DNA of 64,000 nt, taken from the IMG/VR virus record IMGVR_UViG_3300030376_006611, positions 549-64,548 of that record, one strand, 5' to 3'. The stretch's first letter is position 1. Each line of letters begins with the position of its first letter. The notes under the pieces are model-generated. The model saw only the letters and a program-made list of their open reading frames with translations. It had not been told where the DNA came from and made no database searches. Made by a program: the position numbers and the translations under genes. Below, one piece after another: positions 49,892-56,183 of the stretch. The DNA comes from a virus. Lineage: Duplodnaviria; Caudoviricetes.

Positions 49892-50465
49892 AGCTGTCAG
49901 AGTTTTTGGGTTTGGGGATACGGAAAGCGTGAATCACGTAGTCGTCAACGTCGATGAAGGCGTGTTTGCCCATGTACACTTGATGGATGAAGTCAGTCAG
50001 TTGCTCAAGGTTGTCGATGGCATCCGTGGTGGTGTCCATCACATCGGAGGACACACGAGCCACCAAGGACATGCACAAGGGGGTGTAGTCCCATGCAGGG
50101 GAGGCATCGAGTTGGTCCCACGTCAACCAACAGGACTCGGTGGAGTCACTGCGGTTGGACATATCAAGCTCGATGATGCGGAACACCTCGACACTCACGT
50201 CATCCATGTTCTCTGCAACGTAGTCGTCGTGCTCCATGTCAGAGGGGACGCAAGCGTGGTAGTTCTCGTGGTCACGAGTGAGGGTGACGTAGATGTCCTC
50301 CTCTCGGTGGTCGATGTTGACACACATCTCATCCTTGCGGTAGCCGTCAAGGAGTTGCTTGACGTGCTTGTCTGCAAGCCCCCTGTCGGGGAAGAACTCA
50401 CAGGTGGTGTCGGAGTACCCTTCGAAGAGTCCTGCGACAGCGTGGATTACTGCGTACTGCTTCAT
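49881..50465 (-). CDS. Acidic early protein
   Basis: D/E-rich 194-aa ORF. Confidence 0.7.
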   Translation of the reverse strand: MKQYAVIHAVAGLFEGYSDTTCEFFPDRGLADKHVKQLLDGYRKDEMCVNIDHREEDIYVTLTRDHENYHACVPSDMEHDDYVAENMDDVSVEVFRIIELDMSNRSDSTESCWLTWDQLDASPAWDYTPLCMSLVARVSSDVMDTTTDAIDNLEQLTDFIHQVYMGKHAFIDVDDYVIHAFRIPKPKNSDSYDS

Positions 50466-50689
50466 TACTTGTAGGTTTTTTCGATGATGAGGTCAGATGC
50501 CTCGTCGATGTTGGAGATGAGTGTGGCAAGAGGGGTCTTGCATGAGTGCTTACCCTCCAAGGCGGCACATGACATACTCATCAGTTGTGCCACATCTCGG
50601 TGGCGACTGAAGTTGAGGATGAGGGTGACCTTGCTCAGGTCCTCTTGGATAGCTTCGGCAAGTTGCCGTGTGTTCATGTCTTGTAGCAT
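50465..50689 (-). CDS. Early hypothetical protein
   Basis: Preceded by the CAAACTTCAA leader motif. Confidence 0.65.
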   Translation of the reverse strand: MLQDMNTRQLAEAIQEDLSKVTLILNFSRHRDVAQLMSMSCAALEGKHSCKTPLATLISNIDEASDLIIEKTYK

Positions 50690-50720
50690 GATGGATTAAA
50701 TTGAAGTTTGTAAAAATTAG

Positions 50721-50848
50721 TAGCAGAGGGTGGAGTCGAACCACCACACCCCTCATGTTCGTTGCCATAAGCCCGTGGTAACGGGTGAAAGGAACCTTGA
50801 TTGGGATGCACACACCTCCTACATCCTCATGTAGTAAGTGTCACTGCC
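50721..50848 (-). ncRNA. 128-nt tRNA-like structured RNA (U0)
   Basis: Acceptor GGCAGTG/CTCTGCT plus A; T-arm GGTGG-TTCGACT-CCACC; 12-bp hairpin and long irregular arm in between; directly downstream of promoter P4. Confidence 0.62.
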
Positions 50849-50868
50849 ATTGTGGAAAAGCCTCGACA

Positions 50869-50901
50869 CAAAGATACGGAATTGATGTGGACAATTCCAA
50901 A
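50869..50901 (-). promoter_or_regulatory. Early promoter P4 (TTTGG...TATCTTTG) with DnaA-box-like spacer
   Basis: -7 at 50869-50876, -33 at 50897-50901, TTGTCCACA at 50886-50894. Confidence 0.75.
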
Positions 50902-50936
50902 TTTGTGTTGAAAAGATTTGTTAAAGGCTTGGTTAG

Positions 50937-51016
50937 AAGGGAGGTTGGGAATTGAACACAACTGCCATCCTTGGCGCCGTGTAGCACCTTGATGTACGCA
51001 CCGACTGCGCTCCCTT
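50937..51016 (-). ncRNA. 80-nt tRNA-like cloverleaf (U1)
   Basis: 7-bp AAGGGAG/CTCCCTT stem, CGCA/TGCG hairpin, interrupted central arm, T-like loop TTCAATT. Confidence 0.52.
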
Positions 51017-51027
51017 GAAAATCAAAG

Positions 51028-51094
51028 GGGAAGAGGTAGTATCCTATCTACACGCCTACATCTGACGTCAGCCCTGTAATATGCTGCTCTTCCC
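51028..51094 (-). ncRNA. 67-nt spacerless four-way cloverleaf (U2)
   Basis: 8-bp GGGAAGAG/CTCTTCCC stem plus CAGC(10)GCTG, ACGTC(7)GGCGT and GTAG(8)CTAC arms with no junction nucleotides; a G-U pair favours the minus strand. Confidence 0.55.
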
Positions 51095-51104
51095 TGAAAA
51101 AGGT

Positions 51105-51162
51105 GGGGGGAGGGCGTGACGTTTCACGCTTGCCTTACGATTGCATCCCGAAAGGTCCCCCC
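51105..51162 (-). ncRNA. 58-nt mini-cloverleaf (U3)
   Basis: 7-bp GGGGGGA/TCCCCCC stem enclosing CC-TTTC-GG, TGC(9)GCA and GCGTGA-AACG-TCACGC; followed by ACC. Confidence 0.48.
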
Positions 51163-51178
51163 TTGGTCAAACTTCAAA

Positions 51179-51388
51179 CTAACCAATACCGCTTACGATG
51201 TCCATCGCTTTGGTCATCGCATAAGTTCGCTGTTGCATGCCCGTCCCTGCACGTTGTGGGGATGGCAAGTACACGAAGGTAGAGAATGTTTTGTCATTCT
51301 CCAAGCCCTCGATTGAATATCCTTTCTCACCTCGCATGATGGCGTCCGCCATGGCGTTAGTGTGGTAAATCTTTTCTTGAAGTGTCAT
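51179..51388 (-). CDS. Early hypothetical protein
   Basis: Tracked ORF with the leader motif upstream. Confidence 0.65.
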   Translation of the reverse strand: MTLQEKIYHTNAMADAIMRGEKGYSIEGLENDKTFSTFVYLPSPQRAGTGMQQRTYAMTKAMDIVSGIG

Positions 51389-51525
51389 GTCTTCTGTTGT
51401 TTTGAAGTTTGATATTCGTCGTGTGCTTTCTCGACCGCTCTGTTCAGCATCTCTGCCTCTGCTCGGTCGATCGACTGCCCCTGCATGCGGGCAAGTTGGA
51501 TGATTACGTCTACGATGTCAGTCAT
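51385..51525 (-). CDS. 46-aa early protein, not in ORF track
   Basis: MTDIVDVIIQLARMQG; ATGA overlap downstream. Confidence 0.55.
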   Translation of the reverse strand: MTDIVDVIIQLARMQGQSIDRAEAEMLNRAVEKAHDEYQTSKQQKT

Positions 51526-51700
51526 GGTTGTGTCTGCTTGTTGGTGTAATTTCCATGGTTACGTCCCATGTGGCTTGGCAGTCCTCGCATTCGAAGTCGT
51601 GGCACTGCTGTACCCAACCTCCTGCGCTGAATCCTGTTTCTTGTGAGCCGAGGAAGATTCCCTCGCCTCCGCACTTGTGGCATTTATTTTGTTGTGTCAT
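51518..51700 (-). CDS. Zinc-ribbon early protein (start revised from 51796)
   Basis: CHKCGG...CEDC. Confidence 0.6.
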   Translation of the reverse strand: MTQQNKCHKCGGEGIFLGSQETGFSAGGWVQQCHDFECEDCQATWDVTMEITPTSRHNHD

Positions 51701-51891
51701 TTGTCTGTTGTTTCTGCTCCCCACCACGCAATCTCTTCGTCGTGGATGCGGAACTCGTGGCATTCTTGCAGTTCGTTTTCCCATACCCCGACCCACACGC
51801 CGTGGTCGTCAGGTGCTCCCTGTATATGGGCGGCTTGGAATCCTTTTTTTTGCAGTGCTTTGACTGCACGTTCGCATTGTTCTTGTGTCAT
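51697..51891 (-). CDS. Early hypothetical protein
   Basis: ATGA overlaps on both sides. Confidence 0.6.
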   Translation of the reverse strand: MTQEQCERAVKALQKKGFQAAHIQGAPDDHGVWVGVWENELQECHEFRIHDEEIAWWGAETTDK

Positions 51892-52217
51892 AGGTCAATG
51901 ATTACGCCCTTGTCTTTGAGGGCATTGATGATGTAGTCAGGGAGTTCGAAGCATCCGTCGTAGCCAACGAGTCGTGCCGACTTGTTCCCACCTTGTGGGT
52001 CTTGGTCGAAGTCAACTTCGAGGCATCCTTCTGCATAGAAGCGGTCCCCTCCTGTTTCGAGGTCATAGGTTTCGTACCACCCGCCCATGCCGTGGTCGGG
52101 GTCAACCTCGATGGTGGTGTCCATCTCCACGTTAGTGGCTCGGTCGAGGTCAATGTCCATGGATGTGGTCATAGCTACATGTGGTAGCGTGTGTTTGAAG
52201 TCGTGCTTGAATTTCAT
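51888..52217 (-). CDS. Acidic early protein (G.WYE...FYAEG.L...GYDGCFELP family)
   Basis: Motif; overlap-coupled. Confidence 0.65.
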   Translation of the reverse strand: MKFKHDFKHTLPHVAMTTSMDIDLDRATNVEMDTTIEVDPDHGMGGWYETYDLETGGDRFYAEGCLEVDFDQDPQGGNKSARLVGYDGCFELPDYIINALKDKGVIIDL

Positions 52218-52444
52218 GCTTCGGGGGTTTCGATTTGGTCAGCGAGGAACACCAACTCGTCGATGATTGCGCCAACGTGTTCAGCGTCAGCGTCAGGCAT
52301 CATTGTGAGGAGGGAGGCAAAGCCCTTCACGTCCTTGGGTACGAGCCGAGCGCACCGATTCAGGTTGTTCAGCCGAGCGCCAAAGTGAAAGTCATTGAGG
52401 AAGAGGACTGCGCGTCCTACGGGTTGTTCAAAGAAGTTGTCCAT
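52214..52444 (-). CDS. Early hypothetical protein
   Basis: First gene after promoter P3. Confidence 0.65.
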   Translation of the reverse strand: MDNFFEQPVGRAVLFLNDFHFGARLNNLNRCARLVPKDVKGFASLLTMMPDADAEHVGAIIDELVFLADQIETPEA

Positions 52445-52468
52445 TGTATTGGGGTTTGAAGTTCGGTG

Positions 52469-52500
52469 TAAAGATACAGCAATTTGTGGATGAATCCAAA
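52469..52500 (-). promoter_or_regulatory. Early promoter P3 (TTTGG...TATCTTTA) with DnaA-box-like spacer
   Basis: Near-copy of P4 including upstream TTAACAAATCTTTTCAAC; TCATCCACA at 52485-52493. Confidence 0.72.
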
Positions 52501-52526
52501 TTCCTGTTGAAAAGATTTGTTAATGC

Positions 52527-52691
52527 TCAGTAGTCACGGGTTGTGATGCCGAACATCCGCAGGTCAATGTAGATGTCCTCGTCCCATGCGTCCTCGATGA
52601 GGCGCAACGCCTCCCTGTCGTCCGTGTATGTGAAGTTTTCGTACGCGAGGATTTTCTCCTCCGCGTTCAGTTCTCTGAATGGATTAAACAT
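52527..52691 (-). CDS. 54-aa acidic early protein (start revised from 52745)
   Basis: MFNPFRELNAEE with the leader motif upstream. Confidence 0.6.
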   Translation of the reverse strand: MFNPFRELNAEEKILAYENFTYTDDREALRLIEDAWDEDIYIDLRMFGITTRDY

Positions 52692-52725
52692 TTGCTTGAA
52701 GTTTGATGGTGTAACTATCTGATTG

Positions 52726-52872
52726 TCAGGCCTTCCACACCTCATCCAACATCCAACCTTTCGTGCGTTCGATGTGTGTGATGAAGTTTGCGATGTGCCT
52801 CCCGTCCTCGAAGTCTCGGGTCATTGACCATTTCTTACCGCAGGACATGATGAATTGAATTGTAGCTCTCAT
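52726..52872 (-). CDS. 48-aa early protein, not in ORF track
   Basis: MRATIQFIMSCGKKWSMTRDFEDGRHIANFI; ATGA overlap upstream. Confidence 0.6.
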   Translation of the reverse strand: MRATIQFIMSCGKKWSMTRDFEDGRHIANFITHIERTKGWMLDEVWKA

Positions 52873-52973
52873 TTGTCTAATTTATTGAGTGCATAGTCCA
52901 CGAGGACGACGAACAGCGCTCCGCTCACGAATACCACCGCGAACGATACGAGCAGGACTACCGCCTCGCTCAT
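52869..52973 (-). CDS. 34-aa single-helix membrane peptide
   Basis: MSEAVVLLVSFAVVFVSGALFVVLVDYALNKLDK. Confidence 0.6.
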   Translation of the reverse strand: MSEAVVLLVSFAVVFVSGALFVVLVDYALNKLDK

Positions 52974-53092
52974 GACTGCTTGCGCTTGGCGTTGGACATT
53001 GCATCCATAGCCATGCCCGTGAGCATGATGATGCCGACTACACCACACGCTCCTGCGAGCACGAGGTTGATGTTGAAAAGGACCTGAATCAT
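52970..53092 (-). CDS. 40-aa single-helix membrane peptide, not in ORF track
   Basis: MIQVLFNINLVLAGACGVVGIIMLTGMAMDAMSNAKRKQS; leader motif upstream, ATGA overlap downstream. Confidence 0.6.
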   Translation of the reverse strand: MIQVLFNINLVLAGACGVVGIIMLTGMAMDAMSNAKRKQS

Positions 53093-53152
53093 TGTGTATA
53101 GGTTTGAAGTTTGACACAGACGCCTCACGGCGTTTCGCGCAATCAGCGCTCG

Positions 53153-53323
53153 TCAGTGTGCCTGTGTGCCGATGAGGTCAGCCAAGGTCAGGTCATCGTC
53201 TCCGAATTTGGTGGCAACCTCGGTGAGCGTGTACTCTACAGGGAATCCGAAGTCAAGGAGTTGGGTCAAGGCTTTGACGCGCTCTTGTCGCGCCGTGGTG
53301 GGGGTTGATGCTTTGTTTGGCAT
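53153..53323 (-). CDS. 56-aa early protein (start revised from 53374)
   Basis: First gene after promoter P2. Confidence 0.6.
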   Translation of the reverse strand: MPNKASTPTTARQERVKALTQLLDFGFPVEYTLTEVATKFGDDDLTLADLIGTQAH

Positions 53324-53343
53324 GGTGTTGAAGTTTGATGGTT

Positions 53344-53375
53344 GCAAGATACAACCGAATTGTGGATAAACCAAA
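53344..53375 (-). promoter_or_regulatory. Early promoter P2 (TTTGG...TATCTTGC) containing a perfect DnaA box
   Basis: TTATCCACA at 53361-53369. Confidence 0.7.
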
Positions 53376-53406
53376 TGTTTTTGTTATGTCGCTGTCAGTC
53401 AGAGAG

Positions 53407-54123
53407 TTACAAGATGTCGTCGGCAGTCACGCCTCCGTCCATCATGTCCATGTTCACCGCACGCAACATGTCCATCACGTCCGTGTACCCCTGCTCGCGC
53501 AGTACGCTGATGGGCGTGGGTGGTGTGTAGTCGGCCGCGTGCTGTGGGCGTGCCTTGGGCGCAGGTGCGTCAACCTCCGTGCGTGTGCCGAATGGTGATG
53601 CCTTGGTGGGCTTGTTGTCGCACACGACATCGGTCTTGCGCACGTTACGCTTGGCGCTCGCGCGGTTGCTCAGGCGCTGTGCCTGTGCCTCCAACTTGTC
53701 GTTCTTGGTCTTGCGCTTGGTCGTGCGCTTGGCCTTCGTGCGCTTGGGTGCGGGAGGCGTGGTGTCCTCCTGCACGTCCACGGGTGTGTACGTGTTGGCC
53801 GTTTGGCAGGCGTCCATGATGTCGAACATCTGCTCCATCGTCAGCCCGTACTGCTTGCACAGCACGTCCGCACGGGACTGCTTCGCAGTCTTGGCTTTGG
53901 CTTTGGGCTTGGCCTTGCGCTTGCGCTTGAGCTGCTCGGGCGATGGCTCGCTCGTGATGCCCAGTTCCTCGAACAACTGCTTGCCCGTCTTGGGCTTCGC
54001 GCTCTTGCGCTTGGCCGCTTGCTCCTGTGCGAACTTGGCTTTGTTCGCGGCACGGCGCTCGGCACGGGTCAACTTGCGCCCCGTCTCGGGGCAGTGGGTG
54101 GGGGTGTACGTCTGTGCAGACAT
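53407..54123 (-). CDS. Lys/Ala/Arg-rich first early protein (start revised from 54189)
   Basis: MSAQTYTPTHCPETGRK; very GC-rich codons; leader motif and promoter P1 upstream. Confidence 0.7.
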   Translation of the reverse strand: MSAQTYTPTHCPETGRKLTRAERRAANKAKFAQEQAAKRKSAKPKTGKQLFEELGITSEPSPEQLKRKRKAKPKAKAKTAKQSRADVLCKQYGLTMEQMFDIMDACQTANTYTPVDVQEDTTPPAPKRTKAKRTTKRKTKNDKLEAQAQRLSNRASAKRNVRKTDVVCDNKPTKASPFGTRTEVDAPAPKARPQHAADYTPPTPISVLREQGYTDVMDMLRAVNMDMMDGGVTADDIL

Positions 54124-54171
54124 GGGTAAAAAGTTTGAAGTTTGTTCGATTCGACCGCCGAACCGATGACC

Positions 54172-54203
54172 CAAAGATAGGGAAATCAAACCCTGATGTC
54201 AAG
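54172..54203 (-). promoter_or_regulatory. Early promoter P1 (TTG...TATCTTTG)
   Basis: CAAAGATA on the plus strand at 54172-54179 with TTG about 20 nt upstream. Confidence 0.65.
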
Positions 54204-54464
54204 CCAACGGATGTTAACGTCAGCAATGACGGGGGATGCAGAGCCAAAGTTATACGAGGTTATGTTCATTGTGTGTACCCATGAGCGGGGATGCATGGTT
54301 GCAGTAAAGGTAGAGGTGAGGTATTGTCCCACCTTCGGGTAGAGCTACATGTCTGCGGTCACCTGATGCGATGATGGAAGTAACGATGCGTAAGTCACTG
54401 GGAGACAAGCGATTGCAATCTCAGAAGTAAATCTCCGTAGTATGGCAGAATCAAGGGAGGGGGG

Positions 54465-54485
54465 TTTGGAAATGTAATTTCCAAA
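54465..54485. repeat. Perfect 9-bp inverted repeat TTTGGAAAT-GTA-ATTTCCAAA
   Basis: Seen directly; lies in the non-coding divergence region. Confidence 0.85.
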
Positions 54486-54682
54486 AGATTTGCGTCTGTA
54501 CATACATACATATAATCCCCCCTATGCTTAGTTCTGATCGTTTTTTTCGACCCAAAACCGAAAAAACAGCCGATATCTGCAGAAATTTTCACGCGGTATT
54601 TTTTGATTGACTCCACTCAACCCCTCATAACTGTCTGATTTAGAGGTAAAAGCGGTATTTAACCTCTAGTAGAGCTTGAATC

Positions 54683-54714
54683 TTGACATTTAAAGATTTC
54701 TGTTATAACTTTGC
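54683..54714 (+). promoter_or_regulatory. Plus-strand promoter (TTGACA...TAACTTTGC) starting the late arm
   Basis: TAnnTTTG at 54706-54713, TTG upstream. Confidence 0.6.
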
Positions 54715-54813
54715 TATCCAATCAAGTGCAAAACAGTCGAAATAGTAGGGTGTGTGTATACACATTACACCATCCGATCTAGATTTAACTGTTAAATACG
54801 GGATAGCTGTACA

Positions 54814-55107
54814 ATGAGACTAAGTAAGCGCAAGAAACCACACTCTGCACCGCGTCAAGGGACTAGAAAGAACCCAGATGGGTCTGAGTCTACGCATTTG
54901 TATGCGACAGAGACCTTAGACGGTAAGAATTGGGTTAGCTTCCCCACTCTATTTCAGAATCAGGACGGATCGTGGCTAGATATGTCTCAGGGCAACTGGG
55001 AGGATGCCTATAGAGAAGCAGAAAAAAGAGGGGAGGTGATTGACTTCGGCAGAAGAAAGAATAAAGCACTAGCTTTTGGTGAGGGTAGCTGGAAGGGGGA
55101 TCAATAA
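54814..55107 (+). CDS. Conserved phage hypothetical protein (STHL...FPTLF...GE.I.F...A.AF..GSWK)
   Basis: Motif; first gene of the plus arm. Confidence 0.65.
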   Translation: MRLSKRKKPHSAPRQGTRKNPDGSESTHLYATETLDGKNWVSFPTLFQNQDGSWLDMSQGNWEDAYREAEKRGEVIDFGRRKNKALAFGEGSWKGDQ

Positions 55108-55112
55108 CCTCG

Positions 55113-55121
55113 TATATTTGC
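55113..55121 (+). promoter_or_regulatory. -7 promoter element TATATTTGC
   Basis: Just before the ATG at 55125. Confidence 0.7.
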
Positions 55122-55124
55122 CTC

Positions 55125-55415
55125 ATGCTACTGATAAAGATCTCCGAGAGCGGTTATCGCAGAGACAGTGAGGACCAGCACAACGACCACAATGTGATTA
55201 TGACGGGCTGCATCTCTATGGATGCGGTAGATTACCCCGTTGTAGGTATGGATGAGCTCGGGAACATCAAGATCATGATGCCTGGGTCCAAGCACAACTT
55301 CGAAGGTGAGAGGGTACTTGAGGTACCGCTTAAGCATGACGAGTACAATCACATGAGTCAGGACGATATCTATGATCTCGTTCGTATTAAGGCTGCAGAA
55401 ACGGGTTTCTGTTAA
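55125..55415 (+). CDS. crAss-like small virion-associated domain protein
   Basis: GYRRDS...ISM..V.YPV.G.D..GN...M.PG....F.G..V.E.P pattern. Confidence 0.55.
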   Translation: MLLIKISESGYRRDSEDQHNDHNVIMTGCISMDAVDYPVVGMDELGNIKIMMPGSKHNFEGERVLEVPLKHDEYNHMSQDDIYDLVRIKAAETGFC

Positions 55416-55420
55416 TCCCG

Positions 55421-55429
55421 TATATTTGC
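55421..55429 (+). promoter_or_regulatory. -7 promoter element TATATTTGC
   Basis: Just before the ATG at 55434. Confidence 0.7.
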
Positions 55430-55433
55430 AGCA

Positions 55434-56183
55434 ATGGATCTAATCAAGGATATCGGTAAATCTCTGAAATTCAAGGAGCGCTATGACGACCTTGAGCGTA
55501 CAGGGATGGAGGAGTACGATAGAAAGGAGTGTAAGGAGCTACGTGAGCTAAGCAAGAGCGGGGCACCGCTTTCAGAGTCGCAGAAAGAGACCCTTCACTA
55601 CTGTGATACTATCAAAGGAGAGCGCACTAGGGCCGCCATGAACCTAGGAACCTCAGCCCTAAAGATCGGGGTGGGTGCCGCGACGGGCAATGTTGGACTA
55701 ATTACTCAAGGGGTCGGTGATGCTGGTGGATATGTCATGTCTGAGGCCCAGGAGGTAGACGGCCCTAACGACGGGGTTGGACAGAAGATCGGTAAGGAGG
55801 ACTACATGAAGCTCGGCACGGATATCGTAAGCGGTGTCGGTGCATACGCTATGGGTGGTCAAGGGGCAGAAGGTGTTGGCGGGACAGGAACTGGCGGTGG
55901 CGACGGGACAGGAACTGGGACTGGAGGTGCTGGAGGTGCTGGAGGTGCTGGAGGTGCTGGGAACACATTCAACATGATGCAGACCCTTATGCAGAACCCT
56001 CAGTTTATGCAGATGATGATGCAGCAGATGCAGGGTCAGCAGGGCGCTCAGGATGCATTTCAGACGGGTGGCGCGACAGGAACATTAGACTTCTTGGCAA
56101 AGCAAAACGATCAAGGATCAAAACTAAAGCGGTCAACACGACAGCACGACTATATTAAAGGAAACACTAGAGGCTATAGATAA
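55434..56183 (+). CDS. Gly-rich putative cargo/pilot protein
   Basis: Glycine-zipper-like segments, GGA repeats, M/Q-rich tail. Confidence 0.55.
   Translation: MDLIKDIGKSLKFKERYDDLERTGMEEYDRKECKELRELSKSGAPLSESQKETLHYCDTIKGERTRAAMNLGTSALKIGVGAATGNVGLITQGVGDAGGYVMSEAQEVDGPNDGVGQKIGKEDYMKLGTDIVSGVGAYAMGGQGAEGVGGTGTGGGDGTGTGTGGAGGAGGAGGAGNTFNMMQTLMQNPQFMQMMMQQMQGQQGAQDAFQTGGATGTLDFLAKQNDQGSKLKRSTRQHDYIKGNTRGYR
55923..55958 (+). repeat. (GGAGGTGCT)4 coding tandem repeat
   Basis: Four exact 9-bp copies encoding GGA x4. Confidence 0.95.

Noticed and set aside
50721-50848. tmRNA
   Set aside because: No G3-U70 pair, far too short, and no tag reading frame or pseudoknots seen.
55923-55958. Short tandem repeats as a possible CRISPR or mini-array
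   Set aside because: In-frame coding repeats (GGA x4) without spacers; no repeat-spacer array or cas gene seen anywhere.
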